NCBI GenBank assembly: GCA_016783245.1
Contig: JADHWY010000002.1
Location: forward strand, 1-62,421
Direction of reading: 5' to 3'
DNA length: 62,421 bases
Origin: Dehalococcoidales bacterium
Lineage (GTDB): Bacteria; Chloroflexota; Dehalococcoidia; Dehalococcoidales; BS750m-G39
Positions 8,648 through 17,954 of this stretch are shown here, piece after piece (the stretch's first letter is position 1; the number at the start of each line of letters is the position of its first letter). The notes beneath the pieces were generated by a model, which saw only the letters and a list, made by a program, of their open reading frames with translations, ran no database searches and was not told where the DNA came from. The position numbers and the translations under genes were made by a program.

Positions 8648-10068
8648 AGGTATTGATATTAAACCCCTCGTATGGTGAAAATTTTGTCCGCAGTGCCCGC
8701 TGGGCAGCCAGGTCTAGGGGCAGGGTACAGCGACACCCTGACTACTTGGCAATAGCCACAGCCGTATTAGAAAACGAAGGACACAAAGTTAAACTATTAG
8801 ATGCAGCAGCCCTGAACATAGATTTTGACGGTGTTAGGGCACTCGCCGAGGAATTCAAACCAAGCTTATCAGTCATTCATACGACCACACCTTCTGTATA
8901 CAGTGATATAAGGTATGCTGAAATGTTAAAAGACTTGGGCTCAATCACCGTTTTAATTGGCGCTCATGCCTCAGCACTACCAGAAGGGACGATGACAATA
9001 AGTGAAAAGCTAGACTTCATAGCTATAAGAGAATATGACTACACACTAAGAGACATAGCCAATGGGAAGAATCCCAAGGAAATCCTTGGAGTAACCTATA
9101 GGGATAAAGGTGCAACAATAACCAATAAAGATAGACCGTTGATTGAAGATTTGGACGAGCTACCATTTCCGGCATGGCACCAAATAGACGTGCATGACTA
9201 TTTTGATGCTGGCAAACTTTACCCTTTTATAACCATGATAAGCGGCCGGGGTTGTCCTAATAGCTGTAGCTTCTGTGTCCTACCTCAGATTCTTTATGGG
9301 ACGAAATATCGCCTAAGGTCAGCAGAGAAGGTTGTCGATGAAATTGAATATGACCTGCAACTATTTCCAGATTTAAAAGAGATTATGTTCGAGGACGATA
9401 CCTTAACTGCTGACAGGAAAAGATGTGCCGACATATGCCACGAGATATTGAGAAGAGGCTCCAGGATCTCCTGGTCGGCAAATTCACGAGCCGACTTAGA
9501 CGACCTTAACCTACTAAAACTGATGAAAGAGTCAGGATGCCGGATGCTCGTTGTTGGCTTTGAGTTTGGCGATCAGCAGATTCTAAACAACGTGCACAAG
9601 AGGCTCACCGTAGAACAAATGAAGCAGTTTGCTGAATTAACCAAGCAAGCCGGGATAAAGGTACATGGGTGCTTTATGATAGGGGGACCTGGGGAAACTA
9701 AAGAAACGGCTGAGAAAACCATAAATCTAGCCAAAGAATTAAAACCAGACACCCTTCAGTTTTCAGCGTTAGTACCATACCCGGGAACAAACTTTTATGG
9801 ATGGTGCCAGGAGAACCATTATATTATGGCGCAGGATTGGACTGACTGGGTGGATGCTGGTGAGCAAAGTGCGGTAACAGCATATCCAGGTTTATCCAAA
9901 GAAGAAATAGTGAATTTGGTTAACAAGGGATTGTATCAGAACTTCTATCTTAGGCCGGGCGTATGGATACACCACTTGGTCACCGTACGGAGCTTTGATG
10001 ACTTTAAGCGGAAGGCAAGGGCGGCGAGAAGTCTTCTTCAGTATTGGTGGAAGGCAAGAAGCACCTAG
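8644..10068 (+). CDS. cobalamin-binding (class B) radical SAM enzyme
   Basis: The N-terminus has a B12-binding-like Rossmann (MKVLILNPSY...LLDAA). The radical SAM motif is GRGCPNSCSFC (CxxxCxxC). ATGA overlap with uxs. Confidence 0.85.
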   Translation: MKVLILNPSYGENFVRSARWAARSRGRVQRHPDYLAIATAVLENEGHKVKLLDAAALNIDFDGVRALAEEFKPSLSVIHTTTPSVYSDIRYAEMLKDLGSITVLIGAHASALPEGTMTISEKLDFIAIREYDYTLRDIANGKNPKEILGVTYRDKGATITNKDRPLIEDLDELPFPAWHQIDVHDYFDAGKLYPFITMISGRGCPNSCSFCVLPQILYGTKYRLRSAEKVVDEIEYDLQLFPDLKEIMFEDDTLTADRKRCADICHEILRRGSRISWSANSRADLDDLNLLKLMKESGCRMLVVGFEFGDQQILNNVHKRLTVEQMKQFAELTKQAGIKVHGCFMIGGPGETKETAEKTINLAKELKPDTLQFSALVPYPGTNFYGWCQENHYIMAQDWTDWVDAGEQSAVTAYPGLSKEEIVNLVNKGLYQNFYLRPGVWIHHLVTVRSFDDFKRKARAARSLLQYWWKARST

Positions 10069-10082
10069 TGACAAGGAAGACA

Positions 10083-11102
10083 ATGAAGGTATGCCTAGTT
10101 GGAGAGTACTCGGGGAGCCGAGACGAGGGTATGAAGAATACCGCCTCTTATTTGATTAGGGAGCTGTCAAAACATCTTGAGGTTCTGCCATTAGATGTAA
10201 AAAGCGTATTCCGGAAAACCTTTTGGAAGCAACTCAGGAGCTTTAAACCTCAAATAATCCACTACGTTCCTGGTCCTTCACTCATCAGCTTTATATTAGC
10301 CAAGGTCCTCTCTCTATATAGCAGTAATGCCAAAGTAGTGATGTCAGCAGTTCACCCCTCTCTATCCTCTGTTACCAGAAGGTTTGTTTCGCTACTCAAG
10401 CCAGATTTAATCCTGACCCAATCCTATGACACCGAAGAGATGTTTAATAACCTGGGTTTGAAAACTGAGTTTCTGCCTAGTGGCGTCGACGTGGAGAGAT
10501 TCATTCCGGTATCAACAGAAGCCAGAAATAGCTTGAGAGACAAATATGGTCTAAGTCGTGAAGATTTCATAGTATTACATGTAGGCTCTATCGCAGGAAA
10601 TAGAAACCTGCAGGTTTTGCCAGAGCTCCAAAAGATGGGCAACCGGGTAATAATTGTTGGTAGTACCTCGACAAAGATGAACCGGCAAGTATATCAGATG
10701 CTTAAACAGGGAGGGTGCTGGGTGTGGACTGACTACTTTGAAAATCTAGAGGAGGTTTACGCCCTTTCTGACTGCTATGTCTTTCCAACCACCGATAGAA
10801 TTGGCTGCATAGAGTTACCCCTTTCTATATTGGAAGCCATGTCGTGTAATTTACCGGTAATTTCCACCAGATTCGGTGCCGTGCCCAGGGTTTTCGAGGA
10901 AGGAGACGGGCTTTTCTTTATCCGAGAAGAAACTGATTTTCATCCTATAATAGATAGTATTAAGAATGGCACAATGGAAATAAGAACACGGGAAAAGGTT
11001 TTGCCATACTCATGGGAGAAGATTGCCAGCAAGTTAGGTGAAGTCTATGAGCAGTTACTAACTTCAAATAGTTGCCGTGAACCTAAAGCTCTCTGTACCT
11101 AG
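10083..11102 (+). CDS. GT4-family (GT-B) glycosyltransferase
   Basis: It has the C-terminal E-x7-E region ELPLSILEAMSCNLPVISTRFGAVPRVFEEGDG. ATG 10083 is preceded by AAGGAAG; the ORF is open from 10044. Confidence 0.8.
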   Translation: MKVCLVGEYSGSRDEGMKNTASYLIRELSKHLEVLPLDVKSVFRKTFWKQLRSFKPQIIHYVPGPSLISFILAKVLSLYSSNAKVVMSAVHPSLSSVTRRFVSLLKPDLILTQSYDTEEMFNNLGLKTEFLPSGVDVERFIPVSTEARNSLRDKYGLSREDFIVLHVGSIAGNRNLQVLPELQKMGNRVIIVGSTSTKMNRQVYQMLKQGGCWVWTDYFENLEEVYALSDCYVFPTTDRIGCIELPLSILEAMSCNLPVISTRFGAVPRVFEEGDGLFFIREETDFHPIIDSIKNGTMEIRTREKVLPYSWEKIASKLGEVYEQLLTSNSCREPKALCT

Positions 11103-11116
11103 AAGGAAGTGTAACA

Positions 11117-12274
11117 ATGAAGGTAATGTTTGTTATCCCTCGTTTCTATCCAGTTATAGGGGGCTCAGAGAACTACGTCTACAGTATCTCCAAGCTTCTG
11201 CTGAACTATGACATTGATATTTCAGTTATATGCTCGAACCCGAGCGGAAAGAACTACATTGAAGAAACCATCGAGGGGATAAGGGTTTATCGGCTCCCCT
11301 ACCGGTTTATGATTTCAAGCACGCCAATGGACCCATCATGGAATAAGAAGATCAACCTAATAGTCCAAAAAGAGAAACCAGATATAATAAATGGACATCT
11401 CCCTGTTCCATATATCGCCGACATCGCTGCCAGAGTCGCTTTTAAAAATCGCATACCCTTTATCCTGACCCATCACAATGATGTCGCTGGGCATAGCTTT
11501 GTGACCAATATCTTGGCAAAATTCTATTACTACTGTCTTGGATTTAAGACCTTTAAGCTCTCACAAAAAATTATCGTTACCTCTGAGTACTATGCCGAGA
11601 GCTCCCCTTATCTCAGGAATCAACGTACCAAGCTCGAGGTGGTTCATTGTGGAATAGATGTTAAAAGATTTGATGTTATTCCAACCGACCATCCCAGGAG
11701 GGATAAAACTGTTTTATTCGTAGGACAGTTAAATGAAGCCAGCCAGCATAAAGGGCTAGCCTACCTAATAGAAGCGATGCAAGTAGTGACTACAGCGGTT
11801 AAGGATGCCAGACTGAGAATAGTAGGTAAGGGAGATTACGTTGGACACTATAAGAAATTAGTAAGCGATTTAGGGATGGGGGACAGGGTGGAATTCAGCG
11901 GATTTGTCAAAGATGAAGACCTGCCAAGGTGCTATAATGAAAGTGACGTTGTCACCTTGCCTAGTTACACCAGGGCTGAAGGCTTTGGCATAGTGTTAAT
12001 CGAAGCTCAGGGATGTGGGAGGCCAGTAATCGGCTCGGCTATTGGCGGCATCCCTTATGCTATAGAGGATGGTGAAACCGGACTTTTGGTGCCACCGAAG
12101 GATACCAGTGCCCTAGCCAGAGCCATAATCAAGCTACTGGAAGACAAAGAGTATGCCAATAAGCTTGGCCAAAATGGATATAGAAGGGTGAGAGAGAAAT
12201 TCACCTGGCAAGGGGGTGCCGAGAGAACTCGGCAAATATTTGGCGAGTGCCTATCTGGTCAGCCAAAAGACTGA
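11117..12274 (+). CDS. GT4-family glycosyltransferase
   Basis: It has EGFGIVLIEAQGCGRPVIGSAIGGIPYAIEDGETGLLVPP. Confidence 0.9.
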   Translation: MKVMFVIPRFYPVIGGSENYVYSISKLLLNYDIDISVICSNPSGKNYIEETIEGIRVYRLPYRFMISSTPMDPSWNKKINLIVQKEKPDIINGHLPVPYIADIAARVAFKNRIPFILTHHNDVAGHSFVTNILAKFYYYCLGFKTFKLSQKIIVTSEYYAESSPYLRNQRTKLEVVHCGIDVKRFDVIPTDHPRRDKTVLFVGQLNEASQHKGLAYLIEAMQVVTTAVKDARLRIVGKGDYVGHYKKLVSDLGMGDRVEFSGFVKDEDLPRCYNESDVVTLPSYTRAEGFGIVLIEAQGCGRPVIGSAIGGIPYAIEDGETGLLVPPKDTSALARAIIKLLEDKEYANKLGQNGYRRVREKFTWQGGAERTRQIFGECLSGQPKD

Positions 12275-12331
12275 CTAGGATAAAGAGCATTGGAGACAGG
12301 TTAGGGAGAACTCAGCCTAGGCTTATAAACA

Positions 12332-13015
12332 ATGAGACAGAAGAAGACCAAGGGCTTTTTCATATGCTTCACCGGTATGGACGGGTCGGGAAAGACTACC
12401 CTTGCCAGAGAGTTGGTGGTAATGTTGAGGGAAAAAGGGATTGAGTGTAAATACATATATGCCAGATTCAGTCCGTTTATATTGAAGCCTTTTATGTTGA
12501 TGGGGAAATGGCTATTTCTACGGGGAAAGGACTTTTATAAAGCCTACCCGGAATATTCCAGCACCAAAAGGAGAGCGATTCAAAAACACTCCTTGTTATC
12601 ACGAGCCTATCGACAAATCATGTTGCTCGATTATTCCCTCCAGGTTTTTCTCAAGGTTAGGTTGCCCTTGTTTTTGGGTAGAAATATCATCTGTGACCGC
12701 TACTTATACGATACTGTGATCACTGACCTGGCTCCAGACATGGGTTATGCTGAAGATAGGATTATAGCTTTGCTAACTAGCATGCTACGCTTTTTCCCTA
12801 AGCCAGATACAACATTCCTGATTGACCTGCGAGAGGAAATAGCCTACCAGAGGAAAGATGACATCCCATCACTTGAATACCTTAAAGAACGAAGGAATAC
12901 CTACCTCAACATAGGTAGGAAGCATAACATGGTAGTTCTGGATGGAACCAGACCCATCGATGAACTAAAGGGCGTGCTGAGTCAGCAGGTCTCGTATCTA
13001 TACCAAAAGGAGTAG
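12332..13015 (+). CDS. thymidylate-kinase-like P-loop kinase with an inserted hydrophobic segment
   Basis: It has the P-loop FTGMDGSGKTT and a DRY-like CDRYLYD motif. They are separated by about 70 residues rich in F/L/M, which canonical Tmk lacks. Confidence 0.65.
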   Translation: MRQKKTKGFFICFTGMDGSGKTTLARELVVMLREKGIECKYIYARFSPFILKPFMLMGKWLFLRGKDFYKAYPEYSSTKRRAIQKHSLLSRAYRQIMLLDYSLQVFLKVRLPLFLGRNIICDRYLYDTVITDLAPDMGYAEDRIIALLTSMLRFFPKPDTTFLIDLREEIAYQRKDDIPSLEYLKERRNTYLNIGRKHNMVVLDGTRPIDELKGVLSQQVSYLYQKE

Positions 13016-13020
13016 TTGCC

Positions 13021-14493
13021 TTGACTAAAGTTATCGTAATTGGAATAGACGCCTTAGATTGGGAGATATTACAAAGATTTATAGACGACTTGCCCAACTT
13101 TAAGAAGGTTGTTAACCAGGGGTTCGGCACCAGAATGGAAAGCATTTTCCCCCCAGATACCGATACCATCTGGACGTCGATTCATACCGGGCTTAGCCCC
13201 GGCAGGCATGGTATGATCCAGTACGTAGACCCCCTGGAAAAATCCATGACAATACAAACCGTAGAGGCACCAATTTCATCCACTCAGGGAAAAGCCTTCT
13301 GGGATTACGCCAGCAAGTACGACAGGCGGGTTTGTGTTCTGTTAGCCAATGCCACCTACCCTCCGTGGAAGGTTAACGGCATCATGGTAAGCCGTTCCAG
13401 GGTAAAAGATAATGTCCTGGCCTACCCCGAACAGCTTCATGTGGAATACGACCTGAGCAAGATAAACACTCCTAAAGGTGTCCCCAGAAAGGACTATGCT
13501 ACGCTAAAGAGATTAACTGACGTCCACAAAAAGCTGATAATAGACGAAGCCGAGTTTTTCGTAAAGATGCTGAGCACGGATGACTGGGGTTTATTCTTCG
13601 CTTACACTTCGTCACTGGATAGAGTTCACCACTACATGTGGAACTTCTGGGATGAAAACGACCCAGAATACCCCGGGGATAACCCGTTCAAGGATAACCT
13701 CTTTAAGATGTACCGACTCTATGACGATATGATAGGTAAGGTGCTTGCCACCATGGACCGGGATTCAGTGCTAATTATCGTCAGCGACCACGGGCAGGCA
13801 AGAAGACCCCTAAAGGTGATTAACATTAACGAGGTATTGAGGAAAAGTGGCCTTTTATCAGCTAAGTCCGGCCTCATATCGAGGAGCATAAAGGGAATCA
13901 AGTCTAGGGTAGCCCGGACTATCTCCAAGAGAGACTTGGGCTGGCTAGTATTTAAGTTTCTCAAGGTCTTTCCTTTTGCCAGGCGAGTATACGTACAATC
14001 AACTGCCATAGAGCCTAAAGCTACCCTGGCGTACGCTACTGACCTTTCCGGTGTCAAGGCATACACCTACGGGGGAATAAACATCAGGAGGCCTGACACG
14101 GCCGAGGACTACGAAGAGATAAGGGATACCATTATAAATATAGTCAGGGATATCAAAAACCCGATAACCGGCGAAAGGGTGGTTAAAAGCGTCTGGAGAA
14201 GAGAGGATATTTACCATGGTGAGTACGCCAGGCTGCAGCCGGATATCATGGTCGAGATGGAGCTTGAATATGGTATCGGGCAGGAAATCGATGTCCCAAT
14301 ATTGGGCGATGCCCCAGTCAGCAGCTTGGTGCCGGGAAGCCATCGGCGGGATACCGCCGTATTCCTTGTCACAGGAGACCGGATATGCAGTGCACCACGG
14401 GAGGTATCGCCCTTAGATATAGCCCCAACGGTACTGCATCTGCTGGACATAGAGGACGATTTTGACCTTGACGGTAAGAGTATCCTTAAATAG
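13021..14493 (+). CDS. alkaline-phosphatase superfamily protein (type I phosphodiesterase / nucleotide pyrophosphatase-like)
   Basis: It has a TTG start, VIVIGIDALDWEIL (metal-binding Asp) and LIIVSDHGQ. Confidence 0.75.
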   Translation: MTKVIVIGIDALDWEILQRFIDDLPNFKKVVNQGFGTRMESIFPPDTDTIWTSIHTGLSPGRHGMIQYVDPLEKSMTIQTVEAPISSTQGKAFWDYASKYDRRVCVLLANATYPPWKVNGIMVSRSRVKDNVLAYPEQLHVEYDLSKINTPKGVPRKDYATLKRLTDVHKKLIIDEAEFFVKMLSTDDWGLFFAYTSSLDRVHHYMWNFWDENDPEYPGDNPFKDNLFKMYRLYDDMIGKVLATMDRDSVLIIVSDHGQARRPLKVININEVLRKSGLLSAKSGLISRSIKGIKSRVARTISKRDLGWLVFKFLKVFPFARRVYVQSTAIEPKATLAYATDLSGVKAYTYGGINIRRPDTAEDYEEIRDTIINIVRDIKNPITGERVVKSVWRREDIYHGEYARLQPDIMVEMELEYGIGQEIDVPILGDAPVSSLVPGSHRRDTAVFLVTGDRICSAPREVSPLDIAPTVLHLLDIEDDFDLDGKSILK

Positions 14494-14515
14494 TGCTCTA
14501 AGGAAGCAATCAGCT

Positions 14516-15718
14516 ATGAATCTATCACACCCCAAGAGGAGAAAAATCAACCCTATGAAAGCCGACAATCGGAAACCTCTAAGAGTCTGTCTCATTAACT
14601 TCCCCTATGCCTCAATGTCATCTTCCGTGCTCTTACTCAATCAGTTACAACTTCTTGAGCCGATATGCGACAAACTATATGCCATAACCGGGAACGTGCC
14701 TAAAGAAGGGGTCTTTACCAGCAAGGTGCAGCTAAAAGATACAAAGGTAGCCATGCATTTCAAAGAATCGGTACATCCGTTGTGGTGGTCAATACTCTTG
14801 TGGATACTCAAGAATATTCTCTTTCAAATAAGAGCCTGCCTCGAGCTTCTCAAGATATCCCGGAATATTGACATAGTGATTTGCTACCTAGGGATTTATT
14901 ACCTACCCCCCATGCTAACTGCAAAACTACTGGGGAAAAAGGTATTGAAGATTGCCGTCCTCCCTGAGTCAGAAGCCGCCAAGATACTATACGGCAGAAG
15001 GTCAGTCTCCCAGCGGATTATCAGTCTTCTGGATAGAATCAACCATTCCATCGCTGATTACATCATTGTCGACCTGGAGAATGTTTCCCAGCTAGGGCTG
15101 GTCAAATATGAAGGCAAGATAGTGCCTCGTCCGAGGCAAGTAGACCTCCACCTCTTTGAGTCCAGGAAGCCGCTAAACGAGAGACGTAATCTGGTGGGAT
15201 TTATTGGCCGTCTTAGCAAAGTAAAGGGGATATTAAACTTCGTTGATGCCATGCCGATGGTTCTTGAGGGCTATCCCGATGTTGAATTTTTGGTTGGCGG
15301 AGGTGGAACATTAGCTCATGAGGTTGAGGAGAAAATCAAAAGCTACCACAGTGATAGGATTACCTTCACTGGCTGGATACCCCATGAGCTTTTACCTGAC
15401 TACCTGAATGAAATGAAGTTATTAGTTGTTCCAAGCGTGAGTGATACCGGACCTTTTGTCGCCATTGAGGCGATGGCTTGTGGTACTCCGGTTTTAGGCT
15501 CCAGGGTTGGGCTTATGGCGCATATAATAGAGGATGGTAAAACGGGTTTCATTCTGGAGAATAACTCACCCGAATGCATTGCGGCAAACATCCGAAGGGC
15601 TCTAGAAAACCAAGAGCTGGATGAAATTGCCATGAGGGCACGCCGCCTAGTGGAAGAAAAGTATAGTCATGAAGCGGCAGTAGAGCAATACCAAAAATCA
15701 CTAAGTAGGCTTAAGTGA
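14516..15718 (+). CDS. GT4-family glycosyltransferase
   Basis: It has GPFVAIEAMACGTPVLGSRVGLMAHIIEDGKTGFIL. ATG 14516 follows AAGGAAG; the ORF is open from 14462. Confidence 0.8.
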   Translation: MNLSHPKRRKINPMKADNRKPLRVCLINFPYASMSSSVLLLNQLQLLEPICDKLYAITGNVPKEGVFTSKVQLKDTKVAMHFKESVHPLWWSILLWILKNILFQIRACLELLKISRNIDIVICYLGIYYLPPMLTAKLLGKKVLKIAVLPESEAAKILYGRRSVSQRIISLLDRINHSIADYIIVDLENVSQLGLVKYEGKIVPRPRQVDLHLFESRKPLNERRNLVGFIGRLSKVKGILNFVDAMPMVLEGYPDVEFLVGGGGTLAHEVEEKIKSYHSDRITFTGWIPHELLPDYLNEMKLLVVPSVSDTGPFVAIEAMACGTPVLGSRVGLMAHIIEDGKTGFILENNSPECIAANIRRALENQELDEIAMRARRLVEEKYSHEAAVEQYQKSLSRLK

Positions 15719-17850
15719 ATCGGTCGGCAATAGTAGCTAAACCTCAAAGCGTAAGCCTGCTGGTACTCATTGCGGTGGTCGCTGGTGCCAGTGCAGCGAT
15801 ATTGTTTGATGTACCAGTATTGAGGCAGGTCCTGGCTGTGGCCTCCTTTGCGGTTATGCCGGGATGGCTGCTCCTTTATATCTTTAAGCTCGATGAAATC
15901 GAGCTTCTGAAAAGAATCGTTCTAGCCATCGGACTGAGTCTGGCGTTCTTAATATTTGCCGGGCTGGCGGTGAACCAGTTACTCCCGCTCCTAGGGATAG
16001 CGCAGCCGCTATCACCGTTTAACCTAGTGGTTTCGTTCGGGGTGGTACTGGTCATCCTCGGCATGGTAGCCTGGAAGGTAAATCCGCGTTTTAGGTTCCC
16101 TCTTACCATCAAAAAACCGGTTATAAACAGAGACCGCCCCATATGGCCGCTAGCCTCACTTTGTCTTTTCCCGGCGTTAAGCTTCTGGGGTACACATAAT
16201 ATGGAAACCACCGGCAACAACACCGTCCTAATGATAATGCTATTCTTAATCCCAGCCTATGTTGCTCTGGTTGCCTATCACCATGAGAAGATCCCGAAAA
16301 TTGTCTACCCGGTGGCTATAGTCACCATAGCTATATCACTGCTCTTGATGCATGGGCTGCCGTCAAATTTCCTTAATGGGACAGACACTGTCTGGGAATA
16401 TTACGTTGCCAGGGTCATAGAAACTAACCAGCATTGGACCATGGGATACTACCCTTCCACGGATACGGCGACCCTAAGTATTTCATTCCTACCGGTGGTG
16501 GTTAGTTCTCTGCTGGGCGTGAAGCTCCTTTACGTTTTCAAAATAATCTACCCCCTATTGTTCTCAACCATGCCGCTTTGTATATATATTGTCTGCAAGA
16601 AGTACCTAAGCAGCCAATACGCCTTCCTGGCCGCTTTCTTCTCTATGGCTCAAATTGGCTTTATCTATACAATACAAGATAGTATGAAGCAAGGGATTGC
16701 CCTAGTATTTTTCTGGCTTGCAATAATGGTCCTCTTCGATGATGAGATAAAAGGTGTATACAAAAAGGCGATTTTTATAATCTTTTCAGTAAGCGTAGTA
16801 GTATCTCACTACTCGTCGGCGTACATTCTCTTATTTGTATCGGTCGTAGCTTGGTTAATACTAAAATTGGGCCAGCTCATAAGATTGACTCGTGCCAAGA
16901 ATATGGTCACCATTGTAATGGCTACACTGATCTCTGTGGTAATTTTTCTGTGGTATAGCCAATTAACTGGAAGCTCGAGCAATGTAGAGGAATACTTTGT
17001 CAACACCTTTCGTACTTTGCAGAATATATTCATCGAAGAATATGAGCGAGGACAAACCTGGTATGCCGTAGGTGCAGGAACAAGCTCCATTTTTCGACTA
17101 ACAAGGGTCATCATTAACAATACCGCTCTTGGGCTCATTGCCATCGGAGTACTTAGCTCAGTAGTCTTGGTACTAAGACGGAGAAAATCTGATTTTGAAA
17201 TCGGGTTTCTCATCATGATGGTAGCTGCTCTTGTTATAGCCGTGTTGCTTTTTATCCTGCCTTATATCGCCGCCTACGGCGCCGGAAGATATTTCCAGAC
17301 AATTTTAATCTTCTTCGCCCCTGCTTTTGTAGTAGGAGGCCTGTTCATTTCCAGAAGAATAAGGTTCAGACGTATAAAGCTAAAACCCTTAGTCATCATA
17401 ATGATACCGCTGATTTTGTTTTTCTTCTCCAGCACCTATATAATAGATCAGTTCTATGGCATACCTACCTCACCGGATTTGAATCGGAGTGGCTACTTTT
17501 CCGATAAGACTTATACATACGAAGAGGAGGTTGCGGCTGGAAGGTGGCTTCAAGAGCGTAACCGAGGATACACTGTATATTCGGACAGCCATGGAGGCAT
17601 AAAGTTAAAAGTGGCGCTCTCGACTGCAGAGCCACCACTTAGAGCCAGCCTTGGTTGGACGTTCTTCCGTAAAGCCGAGCCACTAACCGATGGCTATCTC
17701 TACTTGACTCAAGCCAATGTTGTGCAGAGCTTAGTATATCCCTTACCGGCCAATATTAGCTCCATAGGTTACGATATAGCTACTTATTATCATCTATATG
17801 AGTACAACAACAAGATTTACAGCAATGGTGCATCGGAGATCTACAGGTGA
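15715..17850 (+). CDS. large polytopic membrane protein, DUF2206-like (candidate GT-C-type transferase/polymerase)
   Basis: 711 aa with more than 12 hydrophobic helices followed by a soluble C-terminal domain of about 130 aa. The N-terminal pattern ...VLRQVLAVASFAVMPGWLLL...GLSLAFLIFAGLAVNQL resembles methanogen DUF2206 proteins. GTGA overlap with the upstream GT4. Confidence 0.65.
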   Translation: MNRSAIVAKPQSVSLLVLIAVVAGASAAILFDVPVLRQVLAVASFAVMPGWLLLYIFKLDEIELLKRIVLAIGLSLAFLIFAGLAVNQLLPLLGIAQPLSPFNLVVSFGVVLVILGMVAWKVNPRFRFPLTIKKPVINRDRPIWPLASLCLFPALSFWGTHNMETTGNNTVLMIMLFLIPAYVALVAYHHEKIPKIVYPVAIVTIAISLLLMHGLPSNFLNGTDTVWEYYVARVIETNQHWTMGYYPSTDTATLSISFLPVVVSSLLGVKLLYVFKIIYPLLFSTMPLCIYIVCKKYLSSQYAFLAAFFSMAQIGFIYTIQDSMKQGIALVFFWLAIMVLFDDEIKGVYKKAIFIIFSVSVVVSHYSSAYILLFVSVVAWLILKLGQLIRLTRAKNMVTIVMATLISVVIFLWYSQLTGSSSNVEEYFVNTFRTLQNIFIEEYERGQTWYAVGAGTSSIFRLTRVIINNTALGLIAIGVLSSVVLVLRRRKSDFEIGFLIMMVAALVIAVLLFILPYIAAYGAGRYFQTILIFFAPAFVVGGLFISRRIRFRRIKLKPLVIIMIPLILFFFSSTYIIDQFYGIPTSPDLNRSGYFSDKTYTYEEEVAAGRWLQERNRGYTVYSDSHGGIKLKVALSTAEPPLRASLGWTFFRKAEPLTDGYLYLTQANVVQSLVYPLPANISSIGYDIATYYHLYEYNNKIYSNGASEIYR

Positions 17851-17954
17851 GCTTCCTAATAAGGTACATGGGTGCATTACTGGTAGTGTCATTGCTAAGG
17901 GCTGTGCGTCAGTCCTCGTCTTATTCATAGTAAGTAGAAAGGGGTTGATTTACG

